From Vulcanimicrobiota bacterium (lineage in GTDB: Bacteria > Vulcanimicrobiota > Vulcanimicrobiia > Vulcanimicrobiales > Vulcanimicrobiaceae), in the NCBI GenBank assembly GCA_963752825.1, contig CAVVZF010000001.1:930225-994224 (forward strand): a stretch of DNA of 64,000 nucleotides. The letters run 5' to 3'. Both the position numbers and the translations under genes were made by a program. Positions 54,743 through 63,871 of this stretch are shown here, in pieces (position 1 is the first letter of the stretch; each line of letters starts with the position of its first letter). The notes beneath the pieces are model-generated. The model made no database searches and was not told the DNA's origin. It worked only from the letters and a program-made list of their open reading frames with translations.

Positions 54743-55810
54743 ATGCGTTTGTTATCAGCAGCGGTTTGTACATCAGTCGCTGCCGCGCTTCTCGCCAGCT
54801 GTTCGGGCGGCAACATGGGGTCGATGACCTCATCGGTCCCGGGCACCGGCAGCAGCGCATCTAAGGTCCAGGCGCTGCACAAGGCTGGTGCGGTCAGCAT
54901 CATCCCGAAGTCGGCGCTACCCAAGGGGCCGGTAAAGCTCAAGGGTCGGCAGGCGCCGCCTCAAGAGATGAAGGGAATCTACGTCGCACAGTTCTTCGAA
55001 TCGACCGTTAACGGCTACACGAAGAACAACAGCGGCAACGGCGCGTCCATCTGCAACGTGCCGGGCAGCAGCGTCAACAACCTCGGCGTTGACAACTCGG
55101 GCAACCTGATTATTCCCGACGCCTTCAGCGGCGTGGTCGTCTATACGGGCCCGACGATGTGCGGCGGAACGACCCCCCCGGTCACCATCACCGACAGCTA
55201 CGGCCAGGCCTCCGACGCGGCGGCCGTTAACGCGCTGACCGGCAACATCGTCGTCGGCAACATCCTTGGCCCGGGCTTCACCGTGGTCTGCACGGTCGCC
55301 AGCCTGAGCTGCACGCAGCTCACGCCGAGCTCGCAAGGCATCGGCGAAATCGCCGGCGTCACCATGGACTCGGCCGGCGACTGCTGGGCCGACTCCTACA
55401 ACGCGGCGTTCACCGCCGTCATCCTCACCTACTGGGCCGGCTGCACCGGAACGGGACAGGTCGCGACCGGCTTCGCCAACACCGGCTACGGCGGTCTCGA
55501 CGTTGACAACTCGGGCAACATCGTGTCGTTCAACTGGCACGGCTCGGCAGGCACGGACCTCTGGGTCTACTCGGGATGCAACCCGGCCTGCACCGGCGTT
55601 AGCGACAACACGCTGACCGAAAACACGGCCATCTTCGGCCACATCGGCAAGCATGGCATCCGCCTCGTTGCCGGTGCGTATCTGAAGGGCCAGGCCGACA
55701 TCTATCAGTACAGCCCGTCGACGCTCACCTACTACTACAGCTTCAACAACGGACTTTCGGTTACCGGCGACACAGAAGGCGCCGCCTACAGCCCGTCCTC
55801 GAAGAAGTAG
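54743..55810 (+). CDS. Cys-rich beta-propeller-like lipoprotein, 'family B' copy 2
   Basis: AAGGAG RBS. Lipobox AALLASCSGG. By eye, roughly three-quarters of residues are identical to the next gene. Confidence 0.8.
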   Translation: MRLLSAAVCTSVAAALLASCSGGNMGSMTSSVPGTGSSASKVQALHKAGAVSIIPKSALPKGPVKLKGRQAPPQEMKGIYVAQFFESTVNGYTKNNSGNGASICNVPGSSVNNLGVDNSGNLIIPDAFSGVVVYTGPTMCGGTTPPVTITDSYGQASDAAAVNALTGNIVVGNILGPGFTVVCTVASLSCTQLTPSSQGIGEIAGVTMDSAGDCWADSYNAAFTAVILTYWAGCTGTGQVATGFANTGYGGLDVDNSGNIVSFNWHGSAGTDLWVYSGCNPACTGVSDNTLTENTAIFGHIGKHGIRLVAGAYLKGQADIYQYSPSTLTYYYSFNNGLSVTGDTEGAAYSPSSKK

Positions 55811-55848
55811 CAGTAAACCAAGAAACTCGATAGCGAGTATGCAAACGG

Positions 55849-55882
55849 GGTGGCCGGTCTAGCGCCGGTCACCTCTTTGTTT
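55849..55882 (+). terminator. Putative intrinsic terminator between family B copies 2 and 3
   Basis: Stem ggtggccgg / ccggtcacc (one mismatch) followed by tctttgttt. Confidence 0.5.
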
Positions 55883-55913
55883 CTCGGACGTCATATGAAG
55901 GAGCATTAACAAC

Positions 55914-56975
55914 ATGCGTGTGTTATCAATTCCACTCGGCGTCGCCATCGCGGCGGCGCTGCTCGCGAGTTGCGCGGGCGGCAACATGGGATCGACGGGT
56001 TCGGTCTCCAGTGCCGAAAATAATGCATCGAAGGTTCAGGCACTGAAACGCACAGGCGCGGTGAGCATCATCCCGCGGTCGGCGCTGCCGAAGGGGCCCG
56101 TGAAACTCAAAGGCCGTCAGGCGCCGCCGCCATGGTTAAAGGGCATCCACGTCAGCGAGTTCTTCGGTACTGAGATTCTCGGCTACCAGAAGAACAACAG
56201 CGGCAACGGCGCTCCGCTCTGCACGATCACCGGCGTGAGCAGCGTCAACAACATCGCAACCGACACGATCGGTAACCTCATCGCTCCGGATGCCTTCGGC
56301 GGCGTGTTGATCTACACGGGACCTGAGATGTGCGGCCCGCTGATGGCGACGATCACCGATACCTACGGGCAAGCCTCGGATGGCGCCGCGGTTAACGCCG
56401 CGACCGGGCCGATCGTCGTCGCCAACATTCTCGGCCCGGGCTACGTGGTAACCTGCACGGTGGCGAGCCTGAGCTGCACGCAGCTCGCGCCGAGCTCGCA
56501 AGGCATCGGCGAAGTCGCCGGCGTCGCGATGGACAAGAACGGCAACTGCTGGGCCGACGCCTACAACGCGGCGTTCACGGCCGTCGTCCTCACGTACTGG
56601 GCCGGCTGCACCGGCACCGGCGTCGCGGCGACGGGCTTCCAAAACACCGGCTACGGCGGACTCGACGTCGACAACTGGGGCGAGGTCGTGAGCTTCAACT
56701 GGCACGGATCCGCCGGCACCGACCTCTGGGTGTACTCGGGATGCAATCCGGCATGCACGTCGGTGAGCGATAACACGCTCAGCAACGGCACGGGAATCTT
56801 CGGGCACCTCGGGAAGCAGAGCCAGCGGCTCGCGGTCGCCAATTATCTCAATGGTCAGATCGACATCTACAGCTACAAACCGACGAAACTAACCTACTAC
56901 TACAGCTTCAACAACGGCCTCCAGGCTAGCCTCGACGTCGAAGGCGTTGCCTACAGCCCGTCGTCGAAGAAGTAA
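55914..56975 (+). CDS. Cys-rich beta-propeller-like lipoprotein, 'family B' copy 3
   Basis: GAAGGAG RBS. Lipobox AALLASCAGG. Close paralog of 54743..55810 (for example VASLSCTQL, LTYWAGCTGTG, GYGGLDVDN, SFNWHGSAGTDLWVYSGCNPACT, LTYYYSFNNGL, AYSPSSKK). Confidence 0.8.
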   Translation: MRVLSIPLGVAIAAALLASCAGGNMGSTGSVSSAENNASKVQALKRTGAVSIIPRSALPKGPVKLKGRQAPPPWLKGIHVSEFFGTEILGYQKNNSGNGAPLCTITGVSSVNNIATDTIGNLIAPDAFGGVLIYTGPEMCGPLMATITDTYGQASDGAAVNAATGPIVVANILGPGYVVTCTVASLSCTQLAPSSQGIGEVAGVAMDKNGNCWADAYNAAFTAVVLTYWAGCTGTGVAATGFQNTGYGGLDVDNWGEVVSFNWHGSAGTDLWVYSGCNPACTSVSDNTLSNGTGIFGHLGKQSQRLAVANYLNGQIDIYSYKPTKLTYYYSFNNGLQASLDVEGVAYSPSSKK

Positions 56976-56981
56976 TCCGAC

Positions 56982-58334
56982 TTAGTCGTCGCCGATGATC
57001 GATTGCGGCTTGCCGCGCCGGCGCGGCAGGCCGCGATCGTGTTCGATCCAGTACTCGGCCGGCTTCGACCCGCCGAACCTTTTGAATTTGCGCGGCTTCT
57101 GGCCGTAGTCGAATGCGTCGCCGGCAGGATCGCGGGCGCGCGCGTCTGCGGCCGCCAGCGGCGCGAGTCCAAAGTTGTCCTCGATGAACTTGAGCACGCT
57201 CGCGGTCTCGTATTGAACGTGCGTCACGTAGCCCTGTTTGGCGTACGGTGAGATCATGACCAGCGGCACGCGAAAGCCGAGCCCGAAGGTATCCGCGTGG
57301 ATGGGCTTGATCGGGTCGAACAGCCCGCCCCAGTCGTCCCACATCACGAAGATCGCCGTCGAGTCCCAGAACTGACTCCGGCCCACCGCGTTCACGAGCG
57401 AGGCGATCCACGCCGGGCCGCCGGCGGCGTCGAGCCCGGGATGGTCGGAGTTCTCGTAAGTCGGCGTGATCCACGTCACGTTGGCGAGCGTTCCGTTTGC
57501 GATGTCGGTGAGGAACTGCGAGGGCGGGTTGATGACGTCGGCCTTCCAGTCGGGGCCGCGGTAGATGGTTTTGTTGGCCTGATACGACGACCAGAGGCCG
57601 CCGTCGCCGTAGATGGCGCCGGCGTAGAAGCGCCAGGTCACGCCCGCCGCGTCGGCCTCGCTGCCAATCGTGGCTATGTCGAAGCACGTCACGATGCTCC
57701 GACCGTACGTCCGCTGCGCGGTCCAGGTCGGGATCTTGTCCTGCCTTCCACCCTCGCATCCCCAGTCGGTCGGCGGCGCGTCGGCGGCCCCGTCCGCATA
57801 GGCCGCGATCGCGTACTGGTGCGAGATGAAGCTGCCGTCGAAGTTCGAGGAGAACGTCCTGTCGGCGAGCACGTACTGCTTCGCCATCTTCCAGTACGGG
57901 TCGACCTCTTTCTCGGGGACGTACGCGTACGCGAAATTCTGTGGGGCTCCGAAGCCGTGAAGCTCGTTGTTCCAGCCGTCCATCTTGCACTTGGTTCCGC
58001 GCAGGTTTCCGGTTCCGTCACACGCGGCAAAGAACGCCGGCGAGAAATGATCGATGTCCCACGAAGTGGCGAGGTCGGTAGCGTGCAGCTCGATCTTGTT
58101 CCCCTTGGTGTCGAAGCCGTAGCTGCGCGTCTTCGCGCCGGGATAGCCCATGAAGAGATTGTTGAACGAGCGGTTCTCTTGGATGATGAAGACCACGTGC
58201 GAAATCGGTGTCGTGCTCGCGCGCATCGCGTGCCGGAGCGCCGGCGCGGCTGGGTCAACCGAGGGCGCTCCGCCCGAGCCGCAGCCGGCTAGCGCCAGCG
58301 CGAACGACGCCAAGACCGCGCGTTGTAAAGCCAT
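56982..58334 (-). CDS. Phosphoesterase-family (PLC/AcpA, PF04185-like) lipoprotein, copy 1
   Basis: Lipobox FALALAGCGSGG. ISHVVFIIQENRSFNNLFMGYPGA, DIDHFSPAFFAACDGTG, SFISHQYAIAA, WITPTYENSDHPG, VMWDDWGGLFD, GFRVPLVMISPYAK. Confidence 0.8.
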   Translation of the reverse strand: MALQRAVLASFALALAGCGSGGAPSVDPAAPALRHAMRASTTPISHVVFIIQENRSFNNLFMGYPGAKTRSYGFDTKGNKIELHATDLATSWDIDHFSPAFFAACDGTGNLRGTKCKMDGWNNELHGFGAPQNFAYAYVPEKEVDPYWKMAKQYVLADRTFSSNFDGSFISHQYAIAAYADGAADAPPTDWGCEGGRQDKIPTWTAQRTYGRSIVTCFDIATIGSEADAAGVTWRFYAGAIYGDGGLWSSYQANKTIYRGPDWKADVINPPSQFLTDIANGTLANVTWITPTYENSDHPGLDAAGGPAWIASLVNAVGRSQFWDSTAIFVMWDDWGGLFDPIKPIHADTFGLGFRVPLVMISPYAKQGYVTHVQYETASVLKFIEDNFGLAPLAAADARARDPAGDAFDYGQKPRKFKRFGGSKPAEYWIEHDRGLPRRRGKPQSIIGDD

Positions 58335-58417
58335 CTCCGCTCAATTGGGCGCACCGGGTCGCAACCCTCCGTTGGCCGGGAGGAAGCGCCTCGCGCCGCG
58401 GCATAGGCTGTTGCGCT

Positions 58418-59764
58418 ATGACGAAGAGTTCCGTCGCGCGCGCCGCGGCCGTCGCGTTTGCGCTTGCGTTCCTCGCCGCCTGCGGCGCCGGAGCGCCCGG
58501 GGGCGTTGCGCCGGCGGCGCGGGTAGCCGCGGTGCGCGCGCCGCGCGGCGGCACGGGCGCGGGGAAGATCCAGCACGTCGTGTTCATCATCCAGGAGAAC
58601 CGCAGCTTCGATAACCTCTTCCAAGGTTTTCCCGGCGCCGACACGCAGTCGTGGGGCAAAAATTCGAAGGGCGAGACGATACAGCTCGCGCCGATGAGCC
58701 TGGCCCGCGCCTACGACATCGATCATTCCGCCCACGCGATGTTCGCCGCGTGCGACGGCACCGGCAACCTGCCCGGAACGAAATGCCGCAATGATGCGTT
58801 CGATAAGGAGCAGAGCTTCGGGGGTCCACCCAACCCGCAATATGTCTACGTTCCGCACAAACAGTCAAAGCCGTACTTCGACATGGGGCACGAAGGGGTG
58901 CTCGCCGACAAGATGTTCCAGTCGCAGCTCGACGAGAGCTTCGTGGCGCATCAGTACGTGATCGCCGCGCAGGCCCAGTCGAGCGTGGACCTGCCCGACG
59001 GGAAGTGGGGTTGCGAGGGAGGGTCCGGCGACATCGTCCAGATGATCACGGACTCGCGTCGGTACGGCGGGTGGCAGCAGGCGTGTTTCGACTATCAGAC
59101 GCTCGGTGACGAGCTCGACGGCGCGAAGCTCTCGTGGCGGTTCTACACCAGCAAGTATACGAGTCACAACGGCGGGGAGTGGTCGGCGTATCAGGCCGTC
59201 AAACACATCTTCGACGGACCCGATTGGGCTAACGTCATCACGCCGCAGCAGAAATTCATCACCGACGTGGGCGCGGGCACGCTCGACAGCTTCACCTGGA
59301 TCACGCCGACGTGCAAGAACTCCGACCACATCGACTGCGGCAGCGCCACCGGACCTTCATGGGTGACGGCGCTCGTCAACGCCGTCGGCGAGAGCCGGTT
59401 CTGGGACACCACGGCGATCTTCGTCATCTGGGACGACTGGGGCGGGCTCTACGATCACGTCCCGCCGCCGTACAGAGGCTACGACGGCGTGGGCTTCCGC
59501 GTTCCGATGCTCGTGATCTCGCCGTACGCGCGCAAGAATCACGTATCGCACGTCCAGTACGAGACGGCGAGCGTGTTGCGATTCGCCGAGGATCTCTTTG
59601 GCCTGGGTCAGCTCTCGGCCGCCGATGCGCGCGCGGCATCGCCCGCACAGGATTGCTTCGATTTCACCAAGCCGCCGCGCGCGTTCGTGCCGATCAAGGC
59701 GCCTAACGACGCCAAATACTTCCTGCACCAGGCGCCGGACTATCGGATCCCCGATGCGCAGTAG
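58418..59764 (+). CDS. Phosphoesterase-family (PLC/AcpA-like) lipoprotein, copy 2
   Basis: ATG at 58418 within ORF 58208..59764. Lipobox LAFLAACGAG. IQHVVFIIQENRSFDNLFQGFPGA, SFVAHQYVIAA, WITPTCKNSDH, VIWDDWGGLYD, GFRVPMLVISPYAR. Confidence 0.8.
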   Translation: MTKSSVARAAAVAFALAFLAACGAGAPGGVAPAARVAAVRAPRGGTGAGKIQHVVFIIQENRSFDNLFQGFPGADTQSWGKNSKGETIQLAPMSLARAYDIDHSAHAMFAACDGTGNLPGTKCRNDAFDKEQSFGGPPNPQYVYVPHKQSKPYFDMGHEGVLADKMFQSQLDESFVAHQYVIAAQAQSSVDLPDGKWGCEGGSGDIVQMITDSRRYGGWQQACFDYQTLGDELDGAKLSWRFYTSKYTSHNGGEWSAYQAVKHIFDGPDWANVITPQQKFITDVGAGTLDSFTWITPTCKNSDHIDCGSATGPSWVTALVNAVGESRFWDTTAIFVIWDDWGGLYDHVPPPYRGYDGVGFRVPMLVISPYARKNHVSHVQYETASVLRFAEDLFGLGQLSAADARAASPAQDCFDFTKPPRAFVPIKAPNDAKYFLHQAPDYRIPDAQ

Positions 59765-61094
59765 CGCCGCCGCGCTGGCCGCGGCATGCGTGCTGACGGG
59801 CTGCTCCCTCGGCGGCAACGCGGTGCCGCTGGGCGAGACGCAGATGCTCGGTGCCCTGCGCGCGACGGGTGCCGGCAAGATCCGGCACGTCGTCTACATC
59901 GTGCAAGAGAATCGCAGCTTCAACGATCTGTTCGAGGGCTATCCCGGCGCGTACACCGTCTCGAGCGGCAAGGACTCGAAGGGACGGAGCGTCGTGCTCC
60001 GCCCCGTAAGCCTCGCCTGGCGCTACGAGATCGACCATTCCGCCAAGGCGATGTTCGCAGACTGCGACGGAACCGGGGAGCTTCCCGGGACCGATTGCCG
60101 GATGGACGGCTTTAATCACGAGCAGACGTACGGCGGACCGAAGGGCATCAAGTATCCGATGTACGTCTACGCGCCGCATAAGGAGACCAAGCCGTACTGG
60201 GATATGGCGCACGAGTGGGTGCTCGCCGATCGCATGTTCCAGTCGCAGCTCGACGAGAGCTTCGTGGCGCACCAGTACATCATCGCCGCGCAGGCGCACT
60301 CCGCCGTCGACATCCCATACGGTCCGTGGGGATGCGTGCCGGGCCCGAGCAACAGCGTCAACACGATCCTGCACGACCGCACGTACGGCCCGCCCGAGTC
60401 GGCCTGCTTCGACTATCAGACGCTCGGCGACGAGCTCGACAAGGCCCACCTGTCGTGGCGCTTCTATTCGGCCTGGTACGGCAACAAGTCGAGCGGCGAC
60501 GGCGCGATCTGGTCGAGCTATCAGGCCGTGAAGCACATCTACGAGGGGCCGGATTGGGCGAACATCATCACGCCGCAGAAGAAGTTCTTTCGCGACGTCG
60601 CCGCCGGGAAGCTCGCCAACTTCACGTGGATCACGCCGGTCTGCGACGACTCCGACCACACGAACTGCGGCGGCGGATACGGACCGTCGTGGGTGGCGGC
60701 GCTGGTCAACGAGATCGGCAAGAGCAAGTTTTGGGACTCGACCGTCGTGTTCGTACAGTGGGACGACTGGGGCGGACTGTACGATCCCGTTCCTCCGCCG
60801 CACAAAGACTACGACGGCCTGGGCTTCCGGGTTCCACTGATCGTTATCTCAGCGTACGCCAAGCGCGATTTCGTCTCGCACGTGCAGTACGAGACCGGCA
60901 GCGTGCTGCGCTTTGCCGAGGATCTCTTCGGCCTGGGCCAGCTCGGGAATGCCGATACGCGCGCGACGTCGCCCGCCCACGATTCCCTCGACTTCACCCA
61001 AAAACCGCGTGCGTTCGTCCCGATCAAGGCCCCGCGCGGGCGCGACTTCTTCCTCGCGCAGCCCGGCGACTATCGCGCACCCGACTACGAATAA
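59754..61094 (+). CDS. Phosphoesterase-family (PLC/AcpA-like) lipoprotein, copy 3
   Basis: ATG at 59754, an 11-nt overlap with the upstream gene. Lipobox AACVLTGCSLGG. IRHVVYIVQENRSFNDLFEGYPGA, SFVAHQYIIAA, WITPVCDDSDH, VQWDDWGGLYD, GFRVPLIVISAYAK. Confidence 0.8.
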   Translation: MRSSAAALAAACVLTGCSLGGNAVPLGETQMLGALRATGAGKIRHVVYIVQENRSFNDLFEGYPGAYTVSSGKDSKGRSVVLRPVSLAWRYEIDHSAKAMFADCDGTGELPGTDCRMDGFNHEQTYGGPKGIKYPMYVYAPHKETKPYWDMAHEWVLADRMFQSQLDESFVAHQYIIAAQAHSAVDIPYGPWGCVPGPSNSVNTILHDRTYGPPESACFDYQTLGDELDKAHLSWRFYSAWYGNKSSGDGAIWSSYQAVKHIYEGPDWANIITPQKKFFRDVAAGKLANFTWITPVCDDSDHTNCGGGYGPSWVAALVNEIGKSKFWDSTVVFVQWDDWGGLYDPVPPPHKDYDGLGFRVPLIVISAYAKRDFVSHVQYETGSVLRFAEDLFGLGQLGNADTRATSPAHDSLDFTQKPRAFVPIKAPRGRDFFLAQPGDYRAPDYE

Positions 61095-61098
61095 CGAT

Positions 61099-61128
61099 GA
61101 GGCGGGAGCTTTCGCGCCCGCCTCTTTG
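61099..61128. terminator. Stem-loop between convergent phosphoesterase and S53 genes
   Basis: gaggcggg(a)gc tttc gc(g)cccgcctc followed by tttgg on the plus strand. Confidence 0.5.
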
Positions 61129-61148
61129 GCTCATGGACCTCTAACGCG

Positions 61149-62366
61149 TCAGAACGTGCTGAGGCGCTTCGGGCTTCCCCAGCCGCCCGGGCCGGAGTAG
61201 TCCTTGAACTGATGCGTCCCCGCCGTGCAGAGGTAGCTTCCGCTGCATGAGCCGTCGTTACCCTTGAGGATCGGGTGCAGATCGTGTCTGCGCTGCTTGC
61301 CGGTAAGCGACCAGAACTTCTGGCCGGCGTTCTGCGAGCTCGCGTTGCCGGCGAGGCCGAAGATCGCGGCGGCTAGCGGCGTCGCGGCGCTCGTGCCGCA
61401 CACGTCTCCCCATCCGCCGTCGAACTCGTCGTAGACGGCGACGCCCGGCGAGCATCCGGCTTCGGCGGAGATGTCGGCGTCGGTGCGTGAGGTGCAGCTC
61501 GGATCGTGCTGCCAGCTCGGCTTGGTCTCGCCCGTGGCGCAGCCGCCGCCGGCGCCGTTCCAGATCGACTCGCTATAGGTCGACCCGCTCTTCGCGAGCT
61601 GCGTGCCGCCGACCGAGACGACGCTGCCGAGCGCTTCCGGCGCGCCGTTCTGGTTGTAGCCGAAGTCGCCCGACCCGGCGGTGTATACGACGCCCGGCTG
61701 ATCGAAGTCCGAGTTGTCGACGCAGTTGATCGAGCCGTAGCAGATCCAGCTGTTGCTGACGATGTGCGCGCCCAACGTCACGGCCTCCAGCTCGGCAGTG
61801 TCGAGATCGCTCGAGCTCGCGCTGTTCGCCTCGACCAGATAAATCGTGCAGAGCGGGCACGCCGCCGAGACCATCTCGACGTCGAGCGCGATCTCGACCG
61901 ACCAGCCGGTGTAGGTCGGATAGTTGCTCTGTTGACCCTCCTGATTGTATTTGAAGAACTTGGCCGTGCCGAGACCAAACTGCGTGCGATACGTCGAGAG
62001 CGACGTCGCCAAGCTCGGGTTGTCGCCGGCGTCCACGATCGCAACGATCTGACCCGATCCCTTGGTGATCGGCAGCTTATAGCGCGTCTCCAGATCGATC
62101 GGCGCCCAGCCGCACGTCGCGCCGGTGCAGGCCGGCTGGATTCCGCGCCGGGTGAGAGCGAGACAGGTGGGCCGTCCGATTATCTGCGGGCAAACCGGAC
62201 GCGCCTCGCCCCGTGCGAGCCAATCCGGCACGAATCGATGCGCCTGGGTCAACATCGACTGACCGGACGAACCGGTCGCCGGCACGCCGGAAGAGCCGCC
62301 CGAACCACAGGCCGCGATGGCGAGCGCCGCGGCCAGCGGCGCCACGAGTTTTATGGTTCCGTTCAC
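61149..62366 (-). CDS. S53-family serine peptidase lipoprotein lacking a prodomain, tandem copy 1
   Basis: GTG start with AAGGAG upstream. Lipobox ALAIAACGSGG. GQIVAIVDAGDNP, SVEIALDVEMV (Glu/Asp), AGSGDFGY, CGTSAATP (Ser), HDLHPILKGNDG. Confidence 0.8.
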   Translation of the reverse strand: MNGTIKLVAPLAAALAIAACGSGGSSGVPATGSSGQSMLTQAHRFVPDWLARGEARPVCPQIIGRPTCLALTRRGIQPACTGATCGWAPIDLETRYKLPITKGSGQIVAIVDAGDNPSLATSLSTYRTQFGLGTAKFFKYNQEGQQSNYPTYTGWSVEIALDVEMVSAACPLCTIYLVEANSASSSDLDTAELEAVTLGAHIVSNSWICYGSINCVDNSDFDQPGVVYTAGSGDFGYNQNGAPEALGSVVSVGGTQLAKSGSTYSESIWNGAGGGCATGETKPSWQHDPSCTSRTDADISAEAGCSPGVAVYDEFDGGWGDVCGTSAATPLAAAIFGLAGNASSQNAGQKFWSLTGKQRRHDLHPILKGNDGSCSGSYLCTAGTHQFKDYSGPGGWGSPKRLSTF

Positions 62367-62460
62367 AAGTGCTCCTTATCATTGTGGGTTGGGCGGAGAG
62401 GCTTGCCGCTCACCTGGGACCGCACCTGCCGCCCGCGTTGCTCCTGGTCATCGTCTCGAA

Positions 62461-62493
62461 CAAAAAAGAGGCGGGTGCTGTCGCACCCGCCTC
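62461..62493 (-). terminator. Intrinsic terminator between S53 copies 2 and 1
   Basis: On the minus strand, an 11-bp perfect stem GAGGCGGGTGC / GCACCCGCCTC with a 4-nt loop is followed directly by TTTTTTG. Confidence 0.8.
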
Positions 62494-62520
62494 GCGGTTT
62501 ACGTCAGGCGTCGCCGCGCG

Positions 62521-63738
62521 TTAGAACGCGCGGATGCCCTTCGGGCTTCCCCAGCCACCCGGGCCGGAGTAGTCCTTGAACTGGTGGGTTCCTGCCGTGC
62601 AGAGATATTCGCCGCTGCACGAGCCGTCGTTGCCCTTGAGGATCGGGTGCAGGTCGTGTCGGCGCTGCTTGCCGGTAAGCGACCAGAACTTCTTACCGGC
62701 ATCTTGCGAGCTCGCGTTGCCCGCGAGTCCGAAGACCGCCGCAACCGTCGGCGATGCCGCGCTCGTGCCGCAGACGTCGAACCAGCCGCCGTCGAACTCG
62801 TCGTACTCGGCGACGCCCGGCGAGCAGCCGGCTTCGGCGGAGACATCGGAGTCGGTGCGCGAGGTGCAGTCCGGATCGTGCTGCCAGCTCGGCTTGGTTG
62901 CGCCAGTGGCGCAGCCGCCGCCGGCGCCGTTCCAGATCGACTCGCTATAGGTCGACCCGCTCTTCGCGAGCTGCGTGCCGCCGACCGAGACGACGCTGCC
63001 GAGCGCTTCCGGCGCCCCGTTCTCGTTGTAGCCGAAGTCGCCCGACGCCGCCAAATAGACGACGCCCGGCTGATCGAAGTCCGAGTTGTCGACGCAGTTG
63101 ACCGAGCCGTAGCAGATCCAGCTGTTGCTGATGATGTGCGCGCCCAGCGTCACGGCTTCGTTTTCAGCCGTGTCGAGGTCGCTGGAGCTCGCGCTGTTCG
63201 CCTCGACCAGATAAATCGTGCACAGCGGGCAGGCCGCCGAGACCATCTCGATGTCGAGACCGATTTCCACCGACCAGCCGGTGTACGTCGGATAGTTGCT
63301 CTGCTGACCTTCCTGGTTGTACTTCTTGAAGTTGGCCGTGCCGAGACCGAACTCGGTGCGATACGTCGAGAGAGAGGTCGCCGCATCGGGGTTGTCGCCG
63401 GCGTCGACGATCGCGACGATCTGGCCCGATCCCTTGGTGATCGGCAGCTTATAGCGCGTCTCGAGATCGATCGGCGCCCAGCCGCACGTCGCGCCGGTGC
63501 AGGCCGGTTGAATGCCCTTTCTCGTCAGGACAGTGCAGGTCGGTTTGCCTTCAGTGGCGGGGCAGACGGGACGCGCCTCGCCCCGTGCGAGCCAATCCGG
63601 CACGAAGCGGTGCGTCTGGGTCAACATCGACTGACCGGACGAACCGGTAGCCGGCACGCTCGAAGTGCCGCCTGAACTACAGGCGGCGATGGCCAGGGCC
63701 GCAACAAGCGGCGCCACCAATTTTATGGTTCCGTTCAC
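62521..63738 (-). CDS. S53-family serine peptidase lipoprotein lacking a prodomain, tandem copy 2
   Basis: Same length (405 aa) and motifs as copy 1, and the same RBS/GTG start context. Lipobox ALAIAACSSGG. Confidence 0.8.
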   Translation of the reverse strand: MNGTIKLVAPLVAALAIAACSSGGTSSVPATGSSGQSMLTQTHRFVPDWLARGEARPVCPATEGKPTCTVLTRKGIQPACTGATCGWAPIDLETRYKLPITKGSGQIVAIVDAGDNPDAATSLSTYRTEFGLGTANFKKYNQEGQQSNYPTYTGWSVEIGLDIEMVSAACPLCTIYLVEANSASSSDLDTAENEAVTLGAHIISNSWICYGSVNCVDNSDFDQPGVVYLAASGDFGYNENGAPEALGSVVSVGGTQLAKSGSTYSESIWNGAGGGCATGATKPSWQHDPDCTSRTDSDVSAEAGCSPGVAEYDEFDGGWFDVCGTSAASPTVAAVFGLAGNASSQDAGKKFWSLTGKQRRHDLHPILKGNDGSCSGEYLCTAGTHQFKDYSGPGGWGSPKGIRAF

Positions 63739-63810
63739 AAGTGCTCCTTAGTAGATGGTGTGGGATTCTGGGTTCCCTTCTGTTCACCCTGAGAGTTTGC
63801 TGACCTGCCA

Positions 63811-63846
63811 CTAAAGTAAGAGGGCCAGCCACTCGTGCCGGCCCTC
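63811..63846 (-). terminator. Putative terminator between S53 copies 3 and 2
   Basis: Stem gagggcc(a)gc / gc(c)ggccctc. On the minus strand it is followed by TTACTTTAG. Confidence 0.45.
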
Positions 63847-63871
63847 GCTTGTGTTGATCCCTAACGAAGCG

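Larger units (their letters stand above)
61149..63760 (-). repeat. Tandem direct duplication (period 1372 bp) carrying the S53 lipoprotein gene and its RBS
   Basis: The stops at 61149 and 62521 and the starts at 62366 and 63738 are both offset by exactly 1372 bp. An identical run of about 100 nt begins near 61540 in one copy and near 62910 in the other. The leader ttttatggttccgttcacaagtgctcctta is identical in both. Confidence 0.85.

Noticed and set aside
61149-63760. Repeated DNA flagged as a possible CRISPR array, insertion sequence or composite transposon.
   Set aside because: The repeat unit is 1372 bp and fully coding (S53 peptidase). There are no short spacer-repeat periodicity, terminal inverted repeats or transposase ORFs, so this is a tandem gene duplication.
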